From assembly GCA_965223325.1 (NCBI GenBank), contig CBDCWI010000002.1:3712001-3776000 (forward strand): DNA of 64,000 bases, read 5' to 3'. Source of the DNA: Candidatus Multivoradales bacterium. Lineage in GTDB: Bacteria > Acidobacteriota > Thermoanaerobaculia > Multivoradales > Multivoraceae. The notes under the pieces were generated by a model, which was not told the DNA's origin, searched no databases, and saw only the letters and a list, made by a program, of their open reading frames with translations. A program made the position numbers and the translations under genes. Below are positions 20,375 to 32,214 of the stretch, in pieces (position 1 is the stretch's first letter; every line of letters begins with the position of its first letter).

Positions 20375-23300
20375 CCAAGATCAAGAGCAACAACCCGTGG
20401 ATCCAGGACGAGGTCGATCCACAGTCGCGCAGCTGGGAAGAGTTCTACCGCAACCGCTGGCAGCACGACAAGATCGTGCGCTCGACACACGGCGTCAACT
20501 GCACCGGTGGCTGCACCTGGCAGATCCACGTCAAGAACGGCATCGTCACATGGGAGATGCAGGGCCTCGACTACCCGTCGCTCCAGGCTGATCTGCCGCC
20601 CTACGAGCCGCGCGGTTGTCAGCGCGGGATCTCGTTCTCCTGGTACCTCTACAGCCCGCTGCGGGTGAAGTACCCCTACGCTCGCGGCGCCCTGCTCGAC
20701 CTCTGGCACGAGGCACGCAAGAAGCACGACGACCCGGTCGACGCCTGGAAGTCGTTGATGGACGACCCCACCAAACGCAGTCGCTTCCAGCGCGCCCGTG
20801 GCAAGGGCGGCTTCCGCCGCACCGACTGGGACACGGCGCTCGAGTTGATGGCGGCGGCCAACGTGCACACCATCAAAGAACACGGTCCCGACCGGGTCAA
20901 CGGCTTCTCGCCGATTCCCGCCATGTCGATGATCAGCTACGGCGGCGGTTCGCGCTTCCTACAGCTCGCCGGTGGTGTGTCGCTCTCCTTCTACGACTGG
21001 TACTGCGATTTGCCCAATGCGTCGCCCGAGACTTGGGGCGAACAAACCGACGTGCAGGAGTCGGCCGACTGGTTCAACGCCAAGCTTCTCGCCGTCATGG
21101 GCTCGAACCTCAACATGACCCGCACCCCCGACTGCCACTTCGCCGCCGAGGCGCGCCACAACGGTTCGAAGATGTGGGTCTTTGCGCCCGACTTCAACCA
21201 GGTCGCCAAGTATGCCGACGAGTGGGTGTCGATCAACGCGGGCCAGGACGGCGCCTGGTGGATGGCGGTCAACCATGTGCTTCTCAAGGAGTTCCACCAC
21301 GAGCGCCAGACCCCTTACTTTCTGAACTACGCCAAGCAGTACACCGACTGCACTCATCTGGTCGAGCTCCTGCCCGAGAACGGTCACTACAAGGCCGGGC
21401 AGATGCTGCGCGCCAACCGCCTGGCGACCTACCAGGACACCGAGAACGGTGACTGGAAGTTCCTCATGTGGGACAAGGGCGGCAAGCCCATGATGCCGAT
21501 GGGGAGCGCCGGCTTCCGGTGGGCAGACAAAAAGGGCCCGAACGGTGAGGGGCAGTGGAACCTCAAGCTCGAAGACGGTCAGACCGGGGAGAAGATCGAT
21601 CCCATCCTGAGTTTCCTCGAGGTCCAGAACGAAGGCTCGGTCGACCAACTGCAGGTCCGGCTGGACGACTTTGGCCAGGGCCGCACGATGACCAGGGGTG
21701 TGCCGGTGCAATACGTCGACACCATCGACGGTCCGGTTCCCTGTACCACGGTCTATGACTTGATGATGGCGCAGTACGGCGTCAACCGCGGTCTCGAGGG
21801 CGAGTACCCCGAAGACTACGATGCCGACAGCGCGTACACCCCGGCCTGGGCCGAGAAGTACACCGGCATGAGTCGCAAGATGGTGCTGCGATTCGCCCGC
21901 GAGTGGGGCGAGACCGCCGAGCGCACCGGTGGCGCCTGCACGATCATCATCGGTGCCGGCATCAACCACTGGTACCACGCCAACCTGATGTATCGCGCCG
22001 GCATTCACGCTCTCATGCTGTGCGGTTGCATCGGCGTCAACGGTGGTGGCCTGGCGCACTATGTCGGCCAGGAGAAGCTGGCACCCGGCGAGTCCTGGGG
22101 AGCACTGGCGATGGGTAAAGACTGGGCCCCGGCTTCGCGGCTCCAGAACGCACCCAGTTGGCACTACGTGCACACCGACCAGTGGCGCTACGAGAAGTCG
22201 TTCACCGACTACCACACGGTGCCCGAGGGGTCGCAGATGGCCCAAGGCCACACCATGGACATGCAGGTCAAGGCGGTGCGCAACGGCTGGTTGCCGTTCT
22301 ACCCGCAGTTCAACCGCAACAGTATCGACCTGGCGCGCGAAGCCCAGGAAGATGGTTGTGAGACCGATGAAGAGATCAGCGCCTGGTTGGTCGACAAGCT
22401 CAAAAACGACGAGGTTCAGTTCTCGATCGAGGATCCAGACGCTCCCGAGAACTGGCCGCGGGTCTGGTACATCTGGCGTGGCAATGCGCTGATGGCGAGT
22501 GCCAAGGGGCATGAGTACTTCCTCAAGCACTACCTCGGTACGCACACCAACACGATCTCCGAAGACATGGCTGAGGACTCGGTCGAAGACGTGCGCTGGC
22601 GCGACGCCCCGATCGGCAAGATGGACCTGGTGGTCGACATCAACTTCCGCATGGACACCTCGGCGCTCTACTCCGACATCGTCCTGCCGGCCGCCACCTG
22701 GTACGAGAAGGCCGACCTCAACTCGACCGACATGCACAGCTTCATTCACCCGCTGTCCAAGGCGGTGCCGCCGTGCTGGGAGTCGAAGAGCGACTGGCAG
22801 GCCTTCCGTGCTCTCGCCAAGAAGCAGGCCGAGCTCTCCGAGCGTCACTTCCCCGAACCCGTCAAGGACATCGTCGCGGTGCCGCTCGCCCACGACTCGA
22901 AGGCCGAGATTGCCCAGCGTCACATCCGCGATTGGAAAACGGGTGAGGTCGAGGCCATTCCGGGCAAGACCATGCCGGCCTTCAAGATCATGACCCGCGA
23001 CTACAAGAACCTCTACCGCCAGTTCTGCGCCTTCGGCCCCGGGCCGCGCAAGAACGGCCTCGGCGCTCACGGCACCCACTACGCAATTGAAGATTTCTAC
23101 GACGAGTTGGCAGCCAAGCAGCCGTCGAGAGAATGGCCGGGAGAGGCGTACCCGTCGGTCAAGGAAGACGAAGAAGCCTGCAACCTGATTCTCACCCTTG
23201 CTTCAGTAACCAATGGCGAACTGGCCTACCGCTCCTACAAGAACATGGAGAAGAGGACCGGCCTGCCCTTGGTACATCTCGCCGAGAAGAACCGCGGTTC

Positions 23301-24039
23301 GCGAGCGACCTACAAGGATCTCCAGAGCCAGGTGAAGCGCCTCCTCAACAGCCCGATGTGGTCGGGCCTGACCGAGAACGGTCGCGCCTACTCGCCATTC
23401 ACCTACAACGTCGAGACCCTGGTGCCTTGGCGCACGCTCACCGGCCGGCAGCACTTCTACCTCGATCACGAGATGTACATCGAATTCGGGGAGCACGTGC
23501 CGACCTACAAGCCGAAGCCCCTGCCCCACGAGTACGCCGACCTTGTGTATACCGAGGAACGCGGTGAGATCCCACACGAAGAGTCGATGATGCTCAACTA
23601 CCTCACCCCGCACGGGAAGTGGCACATTCACTCGACCTACGGCGACAACCAGCGCATGACGACCCTGTCGCGCGGCTGTGAGCCGCTGTGGATGAACCCG
23701 AAAGACGCAGCGCAAGTCGGAGTTGTCGACAACGACTGGGTCGAGGTCTTCAACGATCACGGCGTCGTTGCGACCCGCGCGGCCGTCTCGGCACGGATCC
23801 CGCCCGGCATCTGCATCCAATATCACTCGCCGGAGCGCACCTACTCGGTTCCCAAGTCTCCGCTACGTAAGAACAGGCGAGCCGGTGGCCACAACAGCCT
23901 CACCCGGACTCGCCTGAAGCCCAACCTGATGGCTGGTGGCTACGGCCAGTTCACGTTCCACTTCAACTACTGGGGCCCCACCGGCTGCAACCGTGACACG
24001 CACATCATGGTTCGCAAGATGCCCACCCTGAACTGGTAA
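20371..24039 (+). CDS. narG: respiratory nitrate reductase / cytoplasmic nitrite oxidoreductase alpha subunit (Mo-bisPGD)
   Basis: FS0 motif [11 protein letters not shown]...[27 protein letters not shown], Mo-ligand Asp in [23 protein letters not shown]; no Tat signal. Confidence 0.97.
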   Translation: MTKIKSNNPWIQDEVDPQSRSWEEFYRNRWQHDKIVRSTHGVNCTGGCTWQIHVKNGIVTWEMQGLDYPSLQADLPPYEPRGCQRGISFSWYLYSPLRVKYPYARGALLDLWHEARKKHDDPVDAWKSLMDDPTKRSRFQRARGKGGFRRTDWDTALELMAAANVHTIKEHGPDRVNGFSPIPAMSMISYGGGSRFLQLAGGVSLSFYDWYCDLPNASPETWGEQTDVQESADWFNAKLLAVMGSNLNMTRTPDCHFAAEARHNGSKMWVFAPDFNQVAKYADEWVSINAGQDGAWWMAVNHVLLKEFHHERQTPYFLNYAKQYTDCTHLVELLPENGHYKAGQMLRANRLATYQDTENGDWKFLMWDKGGKPMMPMGSAGFRWADKKGPNGEGQWNLKLEDGQTGEKIDPILSFLEVQNEGSVDQLQVRLDDFGQGRTMTRGVPVQYVDTIDGPVPCTTVYDLMMAQYGVNRGLEGEYPEDYDADSAYTPAWAEKYTGMSRKMVLRFAREWGETAERTGGACTIIIGAGINHWYHANLMYRAGIHALMLCGCIGVNGGGLAHYVGQEKLAPGESWGALAMGKDWAPASRLQNAPSWHYVHTDQWRYEKSFTDYHTVPEGSQMAQGHTMDMQVKAVRNGWLPFYPQFNRNSIDLAREAQEDGCETDEEISAWLVDKLKNDEVQFSIEDPDAPENWPRVWYIWRGNALMASAKGHEYFLKHYLGTHTNTISEDMAEDSVEDVRWRDAPIGKMDLVVDINFRMDTSALYSDIVLPAATWYEKADLNSTDMHSFIHPLSKAVPPCWESKSDWQAFRALAKKQAELSERHFPEPVKDIVAVPLAHDSKAEIAQRHIRDWKTGEVEAIPGKTMPAFKIMTRDYKNLYRQFCAFGPGPRKNGLGAHGTHYAIEDFYDELAAKQPSREWPGEAYPSVKEDEEACNLILTLASVTNGELAYRSYKNMEKRTGLPLVHLAEKNRGSRATYKDLQSQVKRLLNSPMWSGLTENGRAYSPFTYNVETLVPWRTLTGRQHFYLDHEMYIEFGEHVPTYKPKPLPHEYADLVYTEERGEIPHEESMMLNYLTPHGKWHIHSTYGDNQRMTTLSRGCEPLWMNPKDAAQVGVVDNDWVEVFNDHGVVATRAAVSARIPPGICIQYHSPERTYSVPKSPLRKNRRAGGHNSLTRTRLKPNLMAGGYGQFTFHFNYWGPTGCNRDTHIMVRKMPTLNW

Positions 24040-24073
24040 CCGAAGCACTGAAAGAAAAGGACGGAGACATTTC

Positions 24074-25567
24074 ATGAACGTACGCTCTCAAGTCTCGATG
24101 GTGTTTCACCTCGACAAGTGCATCGGTTGCCATACCTGCTCGATCGCCTGCAAGAACGTCTGGACGGACCGCCGTGGCACTGAGTACATGTGGTGGAACA
24201 ACGTCGAGACCAAGCCCGGTACTGGCTACCCCACCAAGTGGGAAGACCAGGAGAAGTACCAGGGCGGCTGGGAGGTCAAAGGTGACAAGGCGCAGCTCAA
24301 GTCGACCGGGCCCGCTCGGGTGGTGGCAAACATCTTCCACAACCCGCACCAGCCGTCGATGGACGACTACTACGAGCCATGGACGTACGACTACCAGAAC
24401 CTGTTCAACGCTCCCGAAGGTGACGATCAACCGGTGGCGCAGCCGATCTCGATGGTCACTGGCGAGCCGATGGACGTCGAAGCCGGGCCCAACTGGGATG
24501 ACGACCTCGGGGGTTCCGAGATCTACGCTGCCAACGACCCCAACCTCGACGGCCTGAGCCAACAGCAGCGCGACGAGTTGCAGGCCGTCGAGCGGCTGGT
24601 GTTCTTCTACTTCCCACGCATTTGCAACCACTGTCTGAACCCATCGTGCATTGCCTCGTGCCCGTCGGGTGCGCTTTATAAGCGCGGCGAAGACGGCATC
24701 GTTCTCATCGATCAGAAACGTTGTCGCGGTTGGCGCTCATGTGTCGCGGCCTGCCCCTACAAGAAGACCTTCTACAACTGGCAAACCGGCAAGTCCGAGA
24801 AGTGCATCTTGTGCTATCCGCGTCTCGAGACTGGCCAGGCGCCAGCCTGTTTCCACTCCTGCGTCGGCCGCATTCGCTATCTCGGCGTTCTGCTCTACGA
24901 CGCAGATCAGATCGAGGCTGCCGCCGCCCTTCCCGACGAAGAACTGGTCGAAGCGCAGCGCAACATGATCCTCGATCCGTTCGATCCCGAGGTCATCAAA
25001 GCGGCTCGCCGCGACGGTGTCCCCGACGACGTCATCGAGTCGGCCCAGAAGTCGCCGGTCTACCAGTTCGTCAAGGTGTGGAAGATCGCGCTTCCGCCAC
25101 ACGTCGAATACCGCACGTTCCCGATGCTCTTCTACGTGCCGCCGATGTCGCCGGTTCAGGCCAGCAAAGACGGCGACGTGGTGTTCCACATCAGCGGCAA
25201 CCTGTTTCACGACATCGACGAGGCGCGTGTGCCAATCGAGTACCTGGCGAATCTGTTCGGTGCGGGTGACGAAGGCGGTGTGCGCTACGCACTGCGTAAG
25301 CAGAAGGCGGTACGCATGTATCGACGGGCGCTCACGGTTGGCGATGTCGACGACGAGTGGGCAGCCCGCGCCCTGCGCGAGGCCGACTGCTCGCCCGAAG
25401 AGGCCGAGGCGATCTACAGGTTGACGGCGCTGTGCACCTTCGACGAGCGTTTCGTCATCCCGCCGATGCACCGTGAGGAAGCGCTGGCGATGATGGAAGA
25501 CGATCCGCACGAAACCAAGGCCTCGACCGGGTTCGGCTTCGTCCAGGCGCCACGAAGGGGTCTCTAG
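24074..25567 (+). CDS. narH: nitrate reductase / NXR beta subunit (Fe-S)
   Basis: LDKCIGCHTCSIACKN, CNHCLNPSCIASCP, CRGWRSCVAACPYKK, EKCILCYPR...CFHSCVGR. Confidence 0.97.
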   Translation: MNVRSQVSMVFHLDKCIGCHTCSIACKNVWTDRRGTEYMWWNNVETKPGTGYPTKWEDQEKYQGGWEVKGDKAQLKSTGPARVVANIFHNPHQPSMDDYYEPWTYDYQNLFNAPEGDDQPVAQPISMVTGEPMDVEAGPNWDDDLGGSEIYAANDPNLDGLSQQQRDELQAVERLVFFYFPRICNHCLNPSCIASCPSGALYKRGEDGIVLIDQKRCRGWRSCVAACPYKKTFYNWQTGKSEKCILCYPRLETGQAPACFHSCVGRIRYLGVLLYDADQIEAAAALPDEELVEAQRNMILDPFDPEVIKAARRDGVPDDVIESAQKSPVYQFVKVWKIALPPHVEYRTFPMLFYVPPMSPVQASKDGDVVFHISGNLFHDIDEARVPIEYLANLFGAGDEGGVRYALRKQKAVRMYRRALTVGDVDDEWAARALREADCSPEEAEAIYRLTALCTFDERFVIPPMHREEALAMMEDDPHETKASTGFGFVQAPRRGL

Positions 25568-26368
25568 ATGGGCACCGAGACACCAGCCAAGAGCACGGTG
25601 GACTGGAGTCCGCTAGCCCAGCTGGCGCCGCTTCTGGTGTACCCCACCCGGGAGCTGCCGAGCCAGTTACCTCTGTTGCGCGCGCTCTTCGAAGCGAGCG
25701 GTGAGCCGATGGCTCCTGAGCTCGAAGTGGCGCTGTCGCGACTCGCGGAGCTCACATTTCACGAGCTCGAAGAGCTGTACACCCAGATCTTCGACCTCAA
25801 TCCGGTGTGTACCCTCGAAGTCGGTTGGCACCTCTATGGAGAGCAGTACGAGCGCGGCCGCTTCCTGGTGCGCACCCGTGACCTCCTGATGAGTGTTGGC
25901 CAGGGCGAGGCCGGCGAGCTGCCGGACTTCTTGCCAACGCTGCTTCTGGCGCTGCCGCGCCTCGAGGCAGAGCGCGCCGTTGGGCTTGCGGCTTACCTGG
26001 TACCCGCACTACGAAAGATGTGTGATGCCTTCGGTGACGAAAAGCAGGCTGGCGAAGCCGCACAGCTCTATTTGCCGATCCTTCGCGCAGTGCGCGCTGG
26101 CCTCGAAGCGCGAGTACCGAAGGCTCTCGTCTCTGAAGTCGAAACGCGTTTCAGACCAGCAATGGTCGCGGGTCGAATGCGCGGTCTCGACCCTGGGCCG
26201 AACGGTGACTTCCCACTCGACATCGTTGGGGACACGGGCTTCTCCGGAAGAGCGGCGGCCGGACAGGACGGCATCGTGAAACTTGGGGTGGACAAGCCGC
26301 GCGGTCCGAAGGGCGCGGTGTCTGGCATTCCGATCAGCGAGATCCCGATGGAAGGAAAACCATCATGA
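25568..26368 (+). CDS. narJ: nitrate reductase molybdenum cofactor assembly chaperone
   Basis: LEELYTQIFDL, HLYGE..ERG, ELPDFLP; between narH and narI. Confidence 0.9.
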   Translation: MGTETPAKSTVDWSPLAQLAPLLVYPTRELPSQLPLLRALFEASGEPMAPELEVALSRLAELTFHELEELYTQIFDLNPVCTLEVGWHLYGEQYERGRFLVRTRDLLMSVGQGEAGELPDFLPTLLLALPRLEAERAVGLAAYLVPALRKMCDAFGDEKQAGEAAQLYLPILRAVRAGLEARVPKALVSEVETRFRPAMVAGRMRGLDPGPNGDFPLDIVGDTGFSGRAAAGQDGIVKLGVDKPRGPKGAVSGIPISEIPMEGKPS

Positions 26369-27075
26369 CCAACTGGGCTGCACAGCTCGACCTCTTTTTG
26401 TTCTCGGCCTTGCCATACATGGCGCTGGTGATCTTCTTCGTCGGCACCATCTACCGCTACCGGATGCAGGCCTTTACCTACTCGAGTCTGTCTTCGCAGT
26501 TCCTCGAGAACCGTCATCACTTCTGGGCGCTGGTGCCTTTCCACTACGGCATCCTGGTGGTGCTCGCCGGTCACATCCTGGCGTTTTTCCTCCCCAAGCA
26601 GATCCTGCTCTGGAACAGCGTGCCGGTGAGGCTATGGGCGCTCGAGATCACGGGACTGGTTTTTGGGCTCATGACCCTGGTGGGGCTCTTGGCGATCCTT
26701 GTGCGCCGCTGGACGACGTCGAAAGTCAAGATCGTGACCAGCACCGCCGACTGGGTTCTCTACCTGCTGCTCCTGGTCCAGGTGGCGACCGGTTTGTGGG
26801 TGGCGCTCGCCCACCCCTGGGGCTCGTCGTGGTTCGCCACGTCGATGACGCCCTATCTGTGGTCGATCGCCAAATTCTCACCCGCCGCCGAGTACATCGT
26901 GGGCATGCCATTCATCGTCAAGCTGCACGTCGTCAACGCGTTCGTTCTGATTCTGTTCTTCCCGTTCACTCGTCTGGTGCACGTCCTGGTGACGCCAAAC
27001 CACTACCTGTGGCGCAAGCGCCAGGTCGTCCGTTGGTATGCCAACCCCGCCGACCGGGCCGCGGCGCGGCGCTGA
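26365..27075 (+). CDS. narI: nitrate reductase gamma subunit (dihaem cytochrome b)
   Basis: SSLSSQFLE, FHYGIL...GH, KLH...FPFTRLVH: four haem-b His ligands and five TM helices. Confidence 0.95.
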   Translation: MTNWAAQLDLFLFSALPYMALVIFFVGTIYRYRMQAFTYSSLSSQFLENRHHFWALVPFHYGILVVLAGHILAFFLPKQILLWNSVPVRLWALEITGLVFGLMTLVGLLAILVRRWTTSKVKIVTSTADWVLYLLLLVQVATGLWVALAHPWGSSWFATSMTPYLWSIAKFSPAAEYIVGMPFIVKLHVVNAFVLILFFPFTRLVHVLVTPNHYLWRKRQVVRWYANPADRAAARR

Positions 27076-27098
27076 TGGTTGCTTAGGGGTAGACGCTC

Positions 27099-27764
27099 AT
27101 GAAGGGTCGAATCTTCACCTTGCTGTTGCTGGTGGGTGTGCTGTACGCGTTGCTCATTCTGGTGCCCAAGCTCGACGCTGTCCGCCTGCCCGACAACCAC
27201 CGAGGCTTCCAACCAGAGCAGCCCATCGCCTACTCCCATCGCCTCCACGCCGGTGAGCTCCAGATCGACTGCGAGTACTGCCACTCGGGGGCGCGCCGCA
27301 GTCGCCACGCCGGGATCCCAGCCGTCGAGGTGTGCATGAACTGCCACTCCTACGTCACCGCCACTCGCGCTCAAGTACGGGCGGCCGAAGCCGAGGCCGA
27401 ACAGAACGGCCAGCCGGCTCCAACCAGGGTCATGTCGCCCGAGATCTCCAAGCTCTACCGAGCGCTCGATCTTTCAGACGACGGCGATCCGTTGGGCGGT
27501 GAACCTTCGCCGGTCGAGTGGGTGCGGATTCACCAACTCCCCGACTTTGCCGCCTTCGACCATCGTCCCCACGTCGCTGCCGAGGTGCCGTGTCAGAGCT
27601 GTCACGGCGCGGTTGAATCGATGGAGCGGGTGCGCCAGGTCGAGTCGCTATCGATGGGCTTTTGCGTCAACTGCCATCGCCTGCCGGCGGCGGACGGTCG
27701 CACTCTCGCCGACGGTCAACCGCATCCGCAGGCGTCGACCGACTGCGCGACCTGTCACTACTGA
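27099..27764 (+). CDS. actA: Alternative Complex III pentahaem cytochrome c subunit
   Basis: N-terminal TM, PEQPIAYSHRLHAG, five CxxCH motifs (CEYCH, CMNCH, CQSCH, CVNCH, CATCH), WVRIHQLPDF..FDH. Confidence 0.92.
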   Translation: MKGRIFTLLLLVGVLYALLILVPKLDAVRLPDNHRGFQPEQPIAYSHRLHAGELQIDCEYCHSGARRSRHAGIPAVEVCMNCHSYVTATRAQVRAAEAEAEQNGQPAPTRVMSPEISKLYRALDLSDDGDPLGGEPSPVEWVRIHQLPDFAAFDHRPHVAAEVPCQSCHGAVESMERVRQVESLSMGFCVNCHRLPAADGRTLADGQPHPQASTDCATCHY

Positions 27765-27773
27765 GTTTCGATC

Positions 27774-30700
27774 ATGAAAGAAGTAGAACGACTCCCCATC
27801 CTCCAGCCCAACCCAACGGGGGAAACGACGCTCGAAGAAGTCCTCGAGCGGGAAGGTGTCCTGGGCATAGGCCGGCGCGGTTTTCTGCAATCGGCCGGCT
27901 TTGGCCTGGCCGCCACGGCACTCGCGGGCTGTTCACGTGCTCCGATCGAGAAGGCGATTCCCTACGCCACTCAGCCCGAAGGTCTGGTGCCGGGGCGCGC
28001 GGACTGGTACGCCTCGACGTGTGCTGGCTGCTCGGCCGGGTGTGGCGTTCTGGTCAAGACGCGCGAAGGTCGACCGATCAAGCTCGAAGGCAATCCTGAC
28101 CATCCGGTTTCGAAGGGTGGTCTGTGTGCGGTGGGCCAGGCCAGCCTGGTCGGGCTCTACGACTCGCTGCGCTTTCGGAGCCCGATGGTCGACGGATCAT
28201 CCTCGACCTGGCAAGAAGTCGACACCCGGGTCACGGCGGCGCTCGCCAATACGTCGGGAGGTCGAGTGCGGCTCTTGACCGGAACCCTGAACGGTCCCAC
28301 CGATCGCGCCTGGATCGAGCGCTTCGTCGCACGTTTTGCCAACGCCCGCCACGTAACCTACGACGCGCTCTCGTCGTCGGCGATTCAGAGCGCCCACCTG
28401 AAGAGTCACGGTGTGCGTGCGCTGCCGCGCTACTTCTTCGATCGCGCCGAGACGATCGTCAGCTTCGGTGCCGACTTCTTGGGCAGCTGGGTTTCGCCGG
28501 TTGGTGATACCGCTCGCTACGTCAAGGGGCGCAGTCTCGCGACCAGCCCACCGCGAATGAGCCATCACACCCAGTTCGAAGGCAGGCTTTCGCTCACCGG
28601 GGCGAACGCCGACGAGCGGGTCAAGGTCTCGCCGAGTCAGGCCAGTGCTGCGTTGGCGTGGCTGGCGGCGGATCTGGGTGCCCGGGCCGGTGCGTCGGGA
28701 CACACCAGGGCTCCGCTTCCGGCAGCGCTCGAAGCCGAGGTCAAAGACGTTGCCGATCGGCTCTGGCAGTCGCGAGGTCGAGGTCTGGTGGTGTCGGATT
28801 CACAGGGCGAAACCGACCAGCTCCTGTGCAACCAGATCAACCATGCCCTCGACAACTACGGCCACACGCTCGACCTCGATCGGCCCTCGTATCAACGACT
28901 GGGCAACGACGCAGCGCTCGAGGAGTTGCTCGCTGAGCTCGAGCGGGGCGACGTCGAGGTTTTGATTACCGCGGGCGTCAACCCGGTCTACGACCTGCCA
29001 GACGCCTCGGGCCTTGCTGCTGCTCTCGATCGGGTCCCGCTGGTGGTGGCCATCGCGCAGCGTGACGACGAGACCACGGCGCACGCCGGGGTTGTATGCC
29101 CGGAGGCCCATGAGCTCGAGAGTTGGCGTGACGCCGAGCCGGTGGCCGGGGTCGTTTCGCTTACTCAGCCGGCGATTCGCAACGTGTTCGACTCGCGCAC
29201 CTTGAGCGAATGTCTCGCCGCCTGGACCGGGACACCGGGCACCGCCCTCGACCTCATGCGGAAGACCTGGGAAGAGCGGGTGTTCCCGCGCGCCAGGGCC
29301 CAAGGGAACTTCAGCGCCTTCTGGGACTTAGCGGTTCACGACGGTTACGTCGAGCTGCCGGCAGTGGCTACGGGTGCGGCCTGGGCTGCCCCAGCGATCA
29401 ATCCGGCTGCGTCCGGAGGGTCATCATCTGGGGAGACAGTATCCGGGGAGACAGCGGGTTTGGCGCTCGTTCTCTATCCCAAGGTCGGTCTGCTCGATGG
29501 GCGGCACGCTCACAACCCCTGGCTGCAGGAACTTCCCGATCCGATCACCAAGGCCAGCTGGGACAACTACGCGTGCATCGCTCCGGAGACCGCACGTGAG
29601 CTCGGGATCGAAACCGGCGACATGGTGCGGGTCGAGATCGATGCCGACGCGATCGAGCTGCCGGCCTTCGTCCAGGAGGCTCAGCATCCTGAGGTGGTCG
29701 CGGTGGCGGTCGGCTACGGCCGCACGGGAACCGATCGTTTCGAGAAGGTCGGGCCGCAATGGCTCGAGGCGCGCCCTAGCGTTTCAGCCGGCGACACCGT
29801 CGGCGTGCGCGCTAACGGCCTGGCGCACTGGCAGGATTCCCAGCGTTCGATGACGCAGAGTGGTGCGAAGCTCACCAAGCTAGCCGGCTCCGTGCGATTG
29901 GCGCTTTCGCAGACCACGGCGTCGCTTACTCCCGACGGCTTCCGTGAGCCACTCGACAAGTCGCCGCGCCCGATCGTTCAGGACACCGTACTCGGCGCAT
30001 ACATCAAAGATCCTCATGCCGGTACACCGGCCGTCCATCATTTCGACTCCGACCTGTGGCCCGAGCACGAGCCGGGTCGGCACCATTGGGGCCTGGCCGT
30101 CGACCTCAATGCCTGCACAGGTTGCAGTGCCTGCGTCGTCGCCTGCCAGTCCGAGAACAACGTGCCGGTCGTCGGCCGCGATGAAGTGCGACGGCGTCGT
30201 GACATGCAGTGGATGCGCCTCGATCGCTACTACAACGAAGAAGGCGATGCGACGTTTCAACCGATGATGTGTCAGCAGTGCGACAACGCGCCGTGCGAGA
30301 CGGTGTGCCCGGTGGTGGCCACGGTGCACAGCGACGAAGGCCTCAACCAGCAGGTCTACAACCGTTGTGTCGGCACGCGCTACTGTGCCAACAACTGCCC
30401 CTACAAGGTGCGGCGCTTCAACTGGTTCAACTACCGCCACGACGACCTGCTCGCCAACCTCGCCCTCAACCCGGAGGTCGTCGTGCGCACCCGCGGGGTG
30501 ATGGAAAAGTGCACCTTCTGCGTCCAGCGCATCGAAGACCGGCGGGCGAACGCCAAGGCAGAGGGCCATGAGCTCGAAGACGGCGAGATCAAGACCGCCT
30601 GCCAGCAATCGTGCCCGGCGGGTGCGATCGTATTCGGCGACATGGCAGACCCCAACAGTCAGGTGTCGCAGATGGCCCAAAGCGGGCGGCACTTCCGCAT

Positions 30701-30845
30701 TCTGGAAGAGATGAACATCAAGCCTTCGGTGGCCTATTTGAGGAAGGTGCGCAACCGGCCGGCTGGTGGCAGTCACCGTGATGACAGTGCCGGTGACCAT
30801 GCAACCGACCATGCGCCTACAGAGGAGGAAGCCGCTCATGGCTGA
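27774..30845 (+). CDS. actB: Alternative Complex III ActB (molybdopterin-oxidoreductase-like domain fused to Fe-S domain)
   Basis: Tat RRGFL plus lipobox [33 protein letters not shown]-terminal [41 protein letters not shown]...CQQSCP. Confidence 0.93.
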   Translation: MKEVERLPILQPNPTGETTLEEVLEREGVLGIGRRGFLQSAGFGLAATALAGCSRAPIEKAIPYATQPEGLVPGRADWYASTCAGCSAGCGVLVKTREGRPIKLEGNPDHPVSKGGLCAVGQASLVGLYDSLRFRSPMVDGSSSTWQEVDTRVTAALANTSGGRVRLLTGTLNGPTDRAWIERFVARFANARHVTYDALSSSAIQSAHLKSHGVRALPRYFFDRAETIVSFGADFLGSWVSPVGDTARYVKGRSLATSPPRMSHHTQFEGRLSLTGANADERVKVSPSQASAALAWLAADLGARAGASGHTRAPLPAALEAEVKDVADRLWQSRGRGLVVSDSQGETDQLLCNQINHALDNYGHTLDLDRPSYQRLGNDAALEELLAELERGDVEVLITAGVNPVYDLPDASGLAAALDRVPLVVAIAQRDDETTAHAGVVCPEAHELESWRDAEPVAGVVSLTQPAIRNVFDSRTLSECLAAWTGTPGTALDLMRKTWEERVFPRARAQGNFSAFWDLAVHDGYVELPAVATGAAWAAPAINPAASGGSSSGETVSGETAGLALVLYPKVGLLDGRHAHNPWLQELPDPITKASWDNYACIAPETARELGIETGDMVRVEIDADAIELPAFVQEAQHPEVVAVAVGYGRTGTDRFEKVGPQWLEARPSVSAGDTVGVRANGLAHWQDSQRSMTQSGAKLTKLAGSVRLALSQTTASLTPDGFREPLDKSPRPIVQDTVLGAYIKDPHAGTPAVHHFDSDLWPEHEPGRHHWGLAVDLNACTGCSACVVACQSENNVPVVGRDEVRRRRDMQWMRLDRYYNEEGDATFQPMMCQQCDNAPCETVCPVVATVHSDEGLNQQVYNRCVGTRYCANNCPYKVRRFNWFNYRHDDLLANLALNPEVVVRTRGVMEKCTFCVQRIEDRRANAKAEGHELEDGEIKTACQQSCPAGAIVFGDMADPNSQVSQMAQSGRHFRILEEMNIKPSVAYLRKVRNRPAGGSHRDDSAGDHATDHAPTEEEAAHG

Positions 30846-32214
30846 GCCGTTCGTTCTGCGCCGTCCCTTGGTGACGGGCAACAAAGGGCCGGCCGAGGTT
30901 ACGGCCGACATCACCGACCCGCTCGAGCGTCAGCCGGGCGCGCTCTGGTGGGGCGCCTTTTTGACCGCGGTCGCCGCCTTACTGCTCGGCATCGCCGCGG
31001 TGACCTACCAGATCGGCACCGGGATCGGGGTCTGGGGCCTCAACAAGACGGTTGGTTGGGCTTTCGACATCACCAACTTCGTTTTCTGGGTCGGCATCGG
31101 TCATGCCGGAACCCTGATCTCGGCGGTGCTCTTTCTGTTGCGCCAGCGTTGGCGCACGGCGGTCAACCGGTCGGCCGAGGCGATGACTATCTTTGCGGTC
31201 ATCTGCGCGGGCATCTTCCCGATCATCCACATGGGGAGGCCGTGGTTGGCCTTCTGGATGCTGCCGTATCCCAACACGCGCGGGCCGTTGTGGGTGAACT
31301 TCCGGTCTCCGCTGCTCTGGGACGTGTTTGCGATCAGTGTCTATCTAACGATCTCGGCGGTGTTCTGGTACGTGGGCTTGATCCCGGATCTGGCGACGCT
31401 GCGCGATCGCTGGAAGGGTCGCAACACTCTGAGGCAGAAGCTCTACGGCATCTTCAGCCTCGGCTGGCGCGGTTCGGTGCGCGACTGGCAGCGTTACGAG
31501 AAGGTCTATCTCTTGCTCGCCGGGCTCGCGACGCCCCTCGTGCTCTCGGTGCACTCGATCGTTAGTTTCGACTTCGCCACCAGCGTGATTCCCGGCTGGC
31601 ATACGACGATCTTCCCGCCCTACTTTGTTGCCGGCGCGATCTTCTCGGGAATGGCTATGGTGCTGACCCTGATGATCATCGCGCGAGTGACAATGCGCCT
31701 CCAGGACTACGTCACCGTCGATCACATTGAAGTGATGTGCAAGCTGGTGCTGCTCACCTCTTGCATCGTCGGCCTAGCCTACGGTACCGAGTTCTTCATC
31801 GCCATGTACTCGGAGAACCGTTTCGAGCGTTTCGTATTTCTCAATCGCGCCAGCGGTCCGATGGCTTGGAGCTACTGGATCATGGTGAGCTGCAACGTTA
31901 TCGTGCCGCAGCTCCTATGGTTCAGAAGAGTACGGCGCTGGATCGCGGCGGTCTTCGTGATTTCGCTCCTGGTCAACGTGGGGATGTGGTTCGAGCGTTT
32001 CGTGATCATCGTCACGTCGCTCTACCAGGACTTTGTGCCGTCGAGCTGGGCGAGCTACGCCCCGACTCTGGTCGAGTGGGCGACCCTGATCGGTAGCTTC
32101 GGTCTGTTCTTCACCTGCTTCCTGCTGTTCTGCCGCTTCCTGCCGGTGATCGCCATGGCGGAGGTCAAGGGTGTATTACACGTCGGCCGTGAAGATGAGG
32201 AGCACCACTCATGA
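30838..32214 (+). CDS. actC: Alternative Complex III ActC (NrfD/PsrC-family quinol-binding membrane subunit)
   Basis: [87 protein letters not shown] 30838 overlaps the actB end. Confidence 0.94.
   Translation: MAEPFVLRRPLVTGNKGPAEVTADITDPLERQPGALWWGAFLTAVAALLLGIAAVTYQIGTGIGVWGLNKTVGWAFDITNFVFWVGIGHAGTLISAVLFLLRQRWRTAVNRSAEAMTIFAVICAGIFPIIHMGRPWLAFWMLPYPNTRGPLWVNFRSPLLWDVFAISVYLTISAVFWYVGLIPDLATLRDRWKGRNTLRQKLYGIFSLGWRGSVRDWQRYEKVYLLLAGLATPLVLSVHSIVSFDFATSVIPGWHTTIFPPYFVAGAIFSGMAMVLTLMIIARVTMRLQDYVTVDHIEVMCKLVLLTSCIVGLAYGTEFFIAMYSENRFERFVFLNRASGPMAWSYWIMVSCNVIVPQLLWFRRVRRWIAAVFVISLLVNVGMWFERFVIIVTSLYQDFVPSSWASYAPTLVEWATLIGSFGLFFTCFLLFCRFLPVIAMAEVKGVLHVGREDEEHHS

Noticed and set aside
20959-23079. 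706-aa minus-strand ORF, and similar long antisense ORFs such as 106-1500, 29880-30914, 37770-39434, 57937-59148 and 60865-62442
   Set aside because: They lie antisense to well-supported genes and have no motifs; shadow ORFs are expected from strong GC3 codon bias.
27774-30845. ActB as an independent catalytic molybdoenzyme (e.g. polysulfide or tetrathionate reductase)
   Set aside because: The fused B1/B2 architecture and flanking actA, C, D, E, F identify it as ACIII. Catalytic Mo binding cannot be supported from sequence, and the retained FS0 motif is reported separately.
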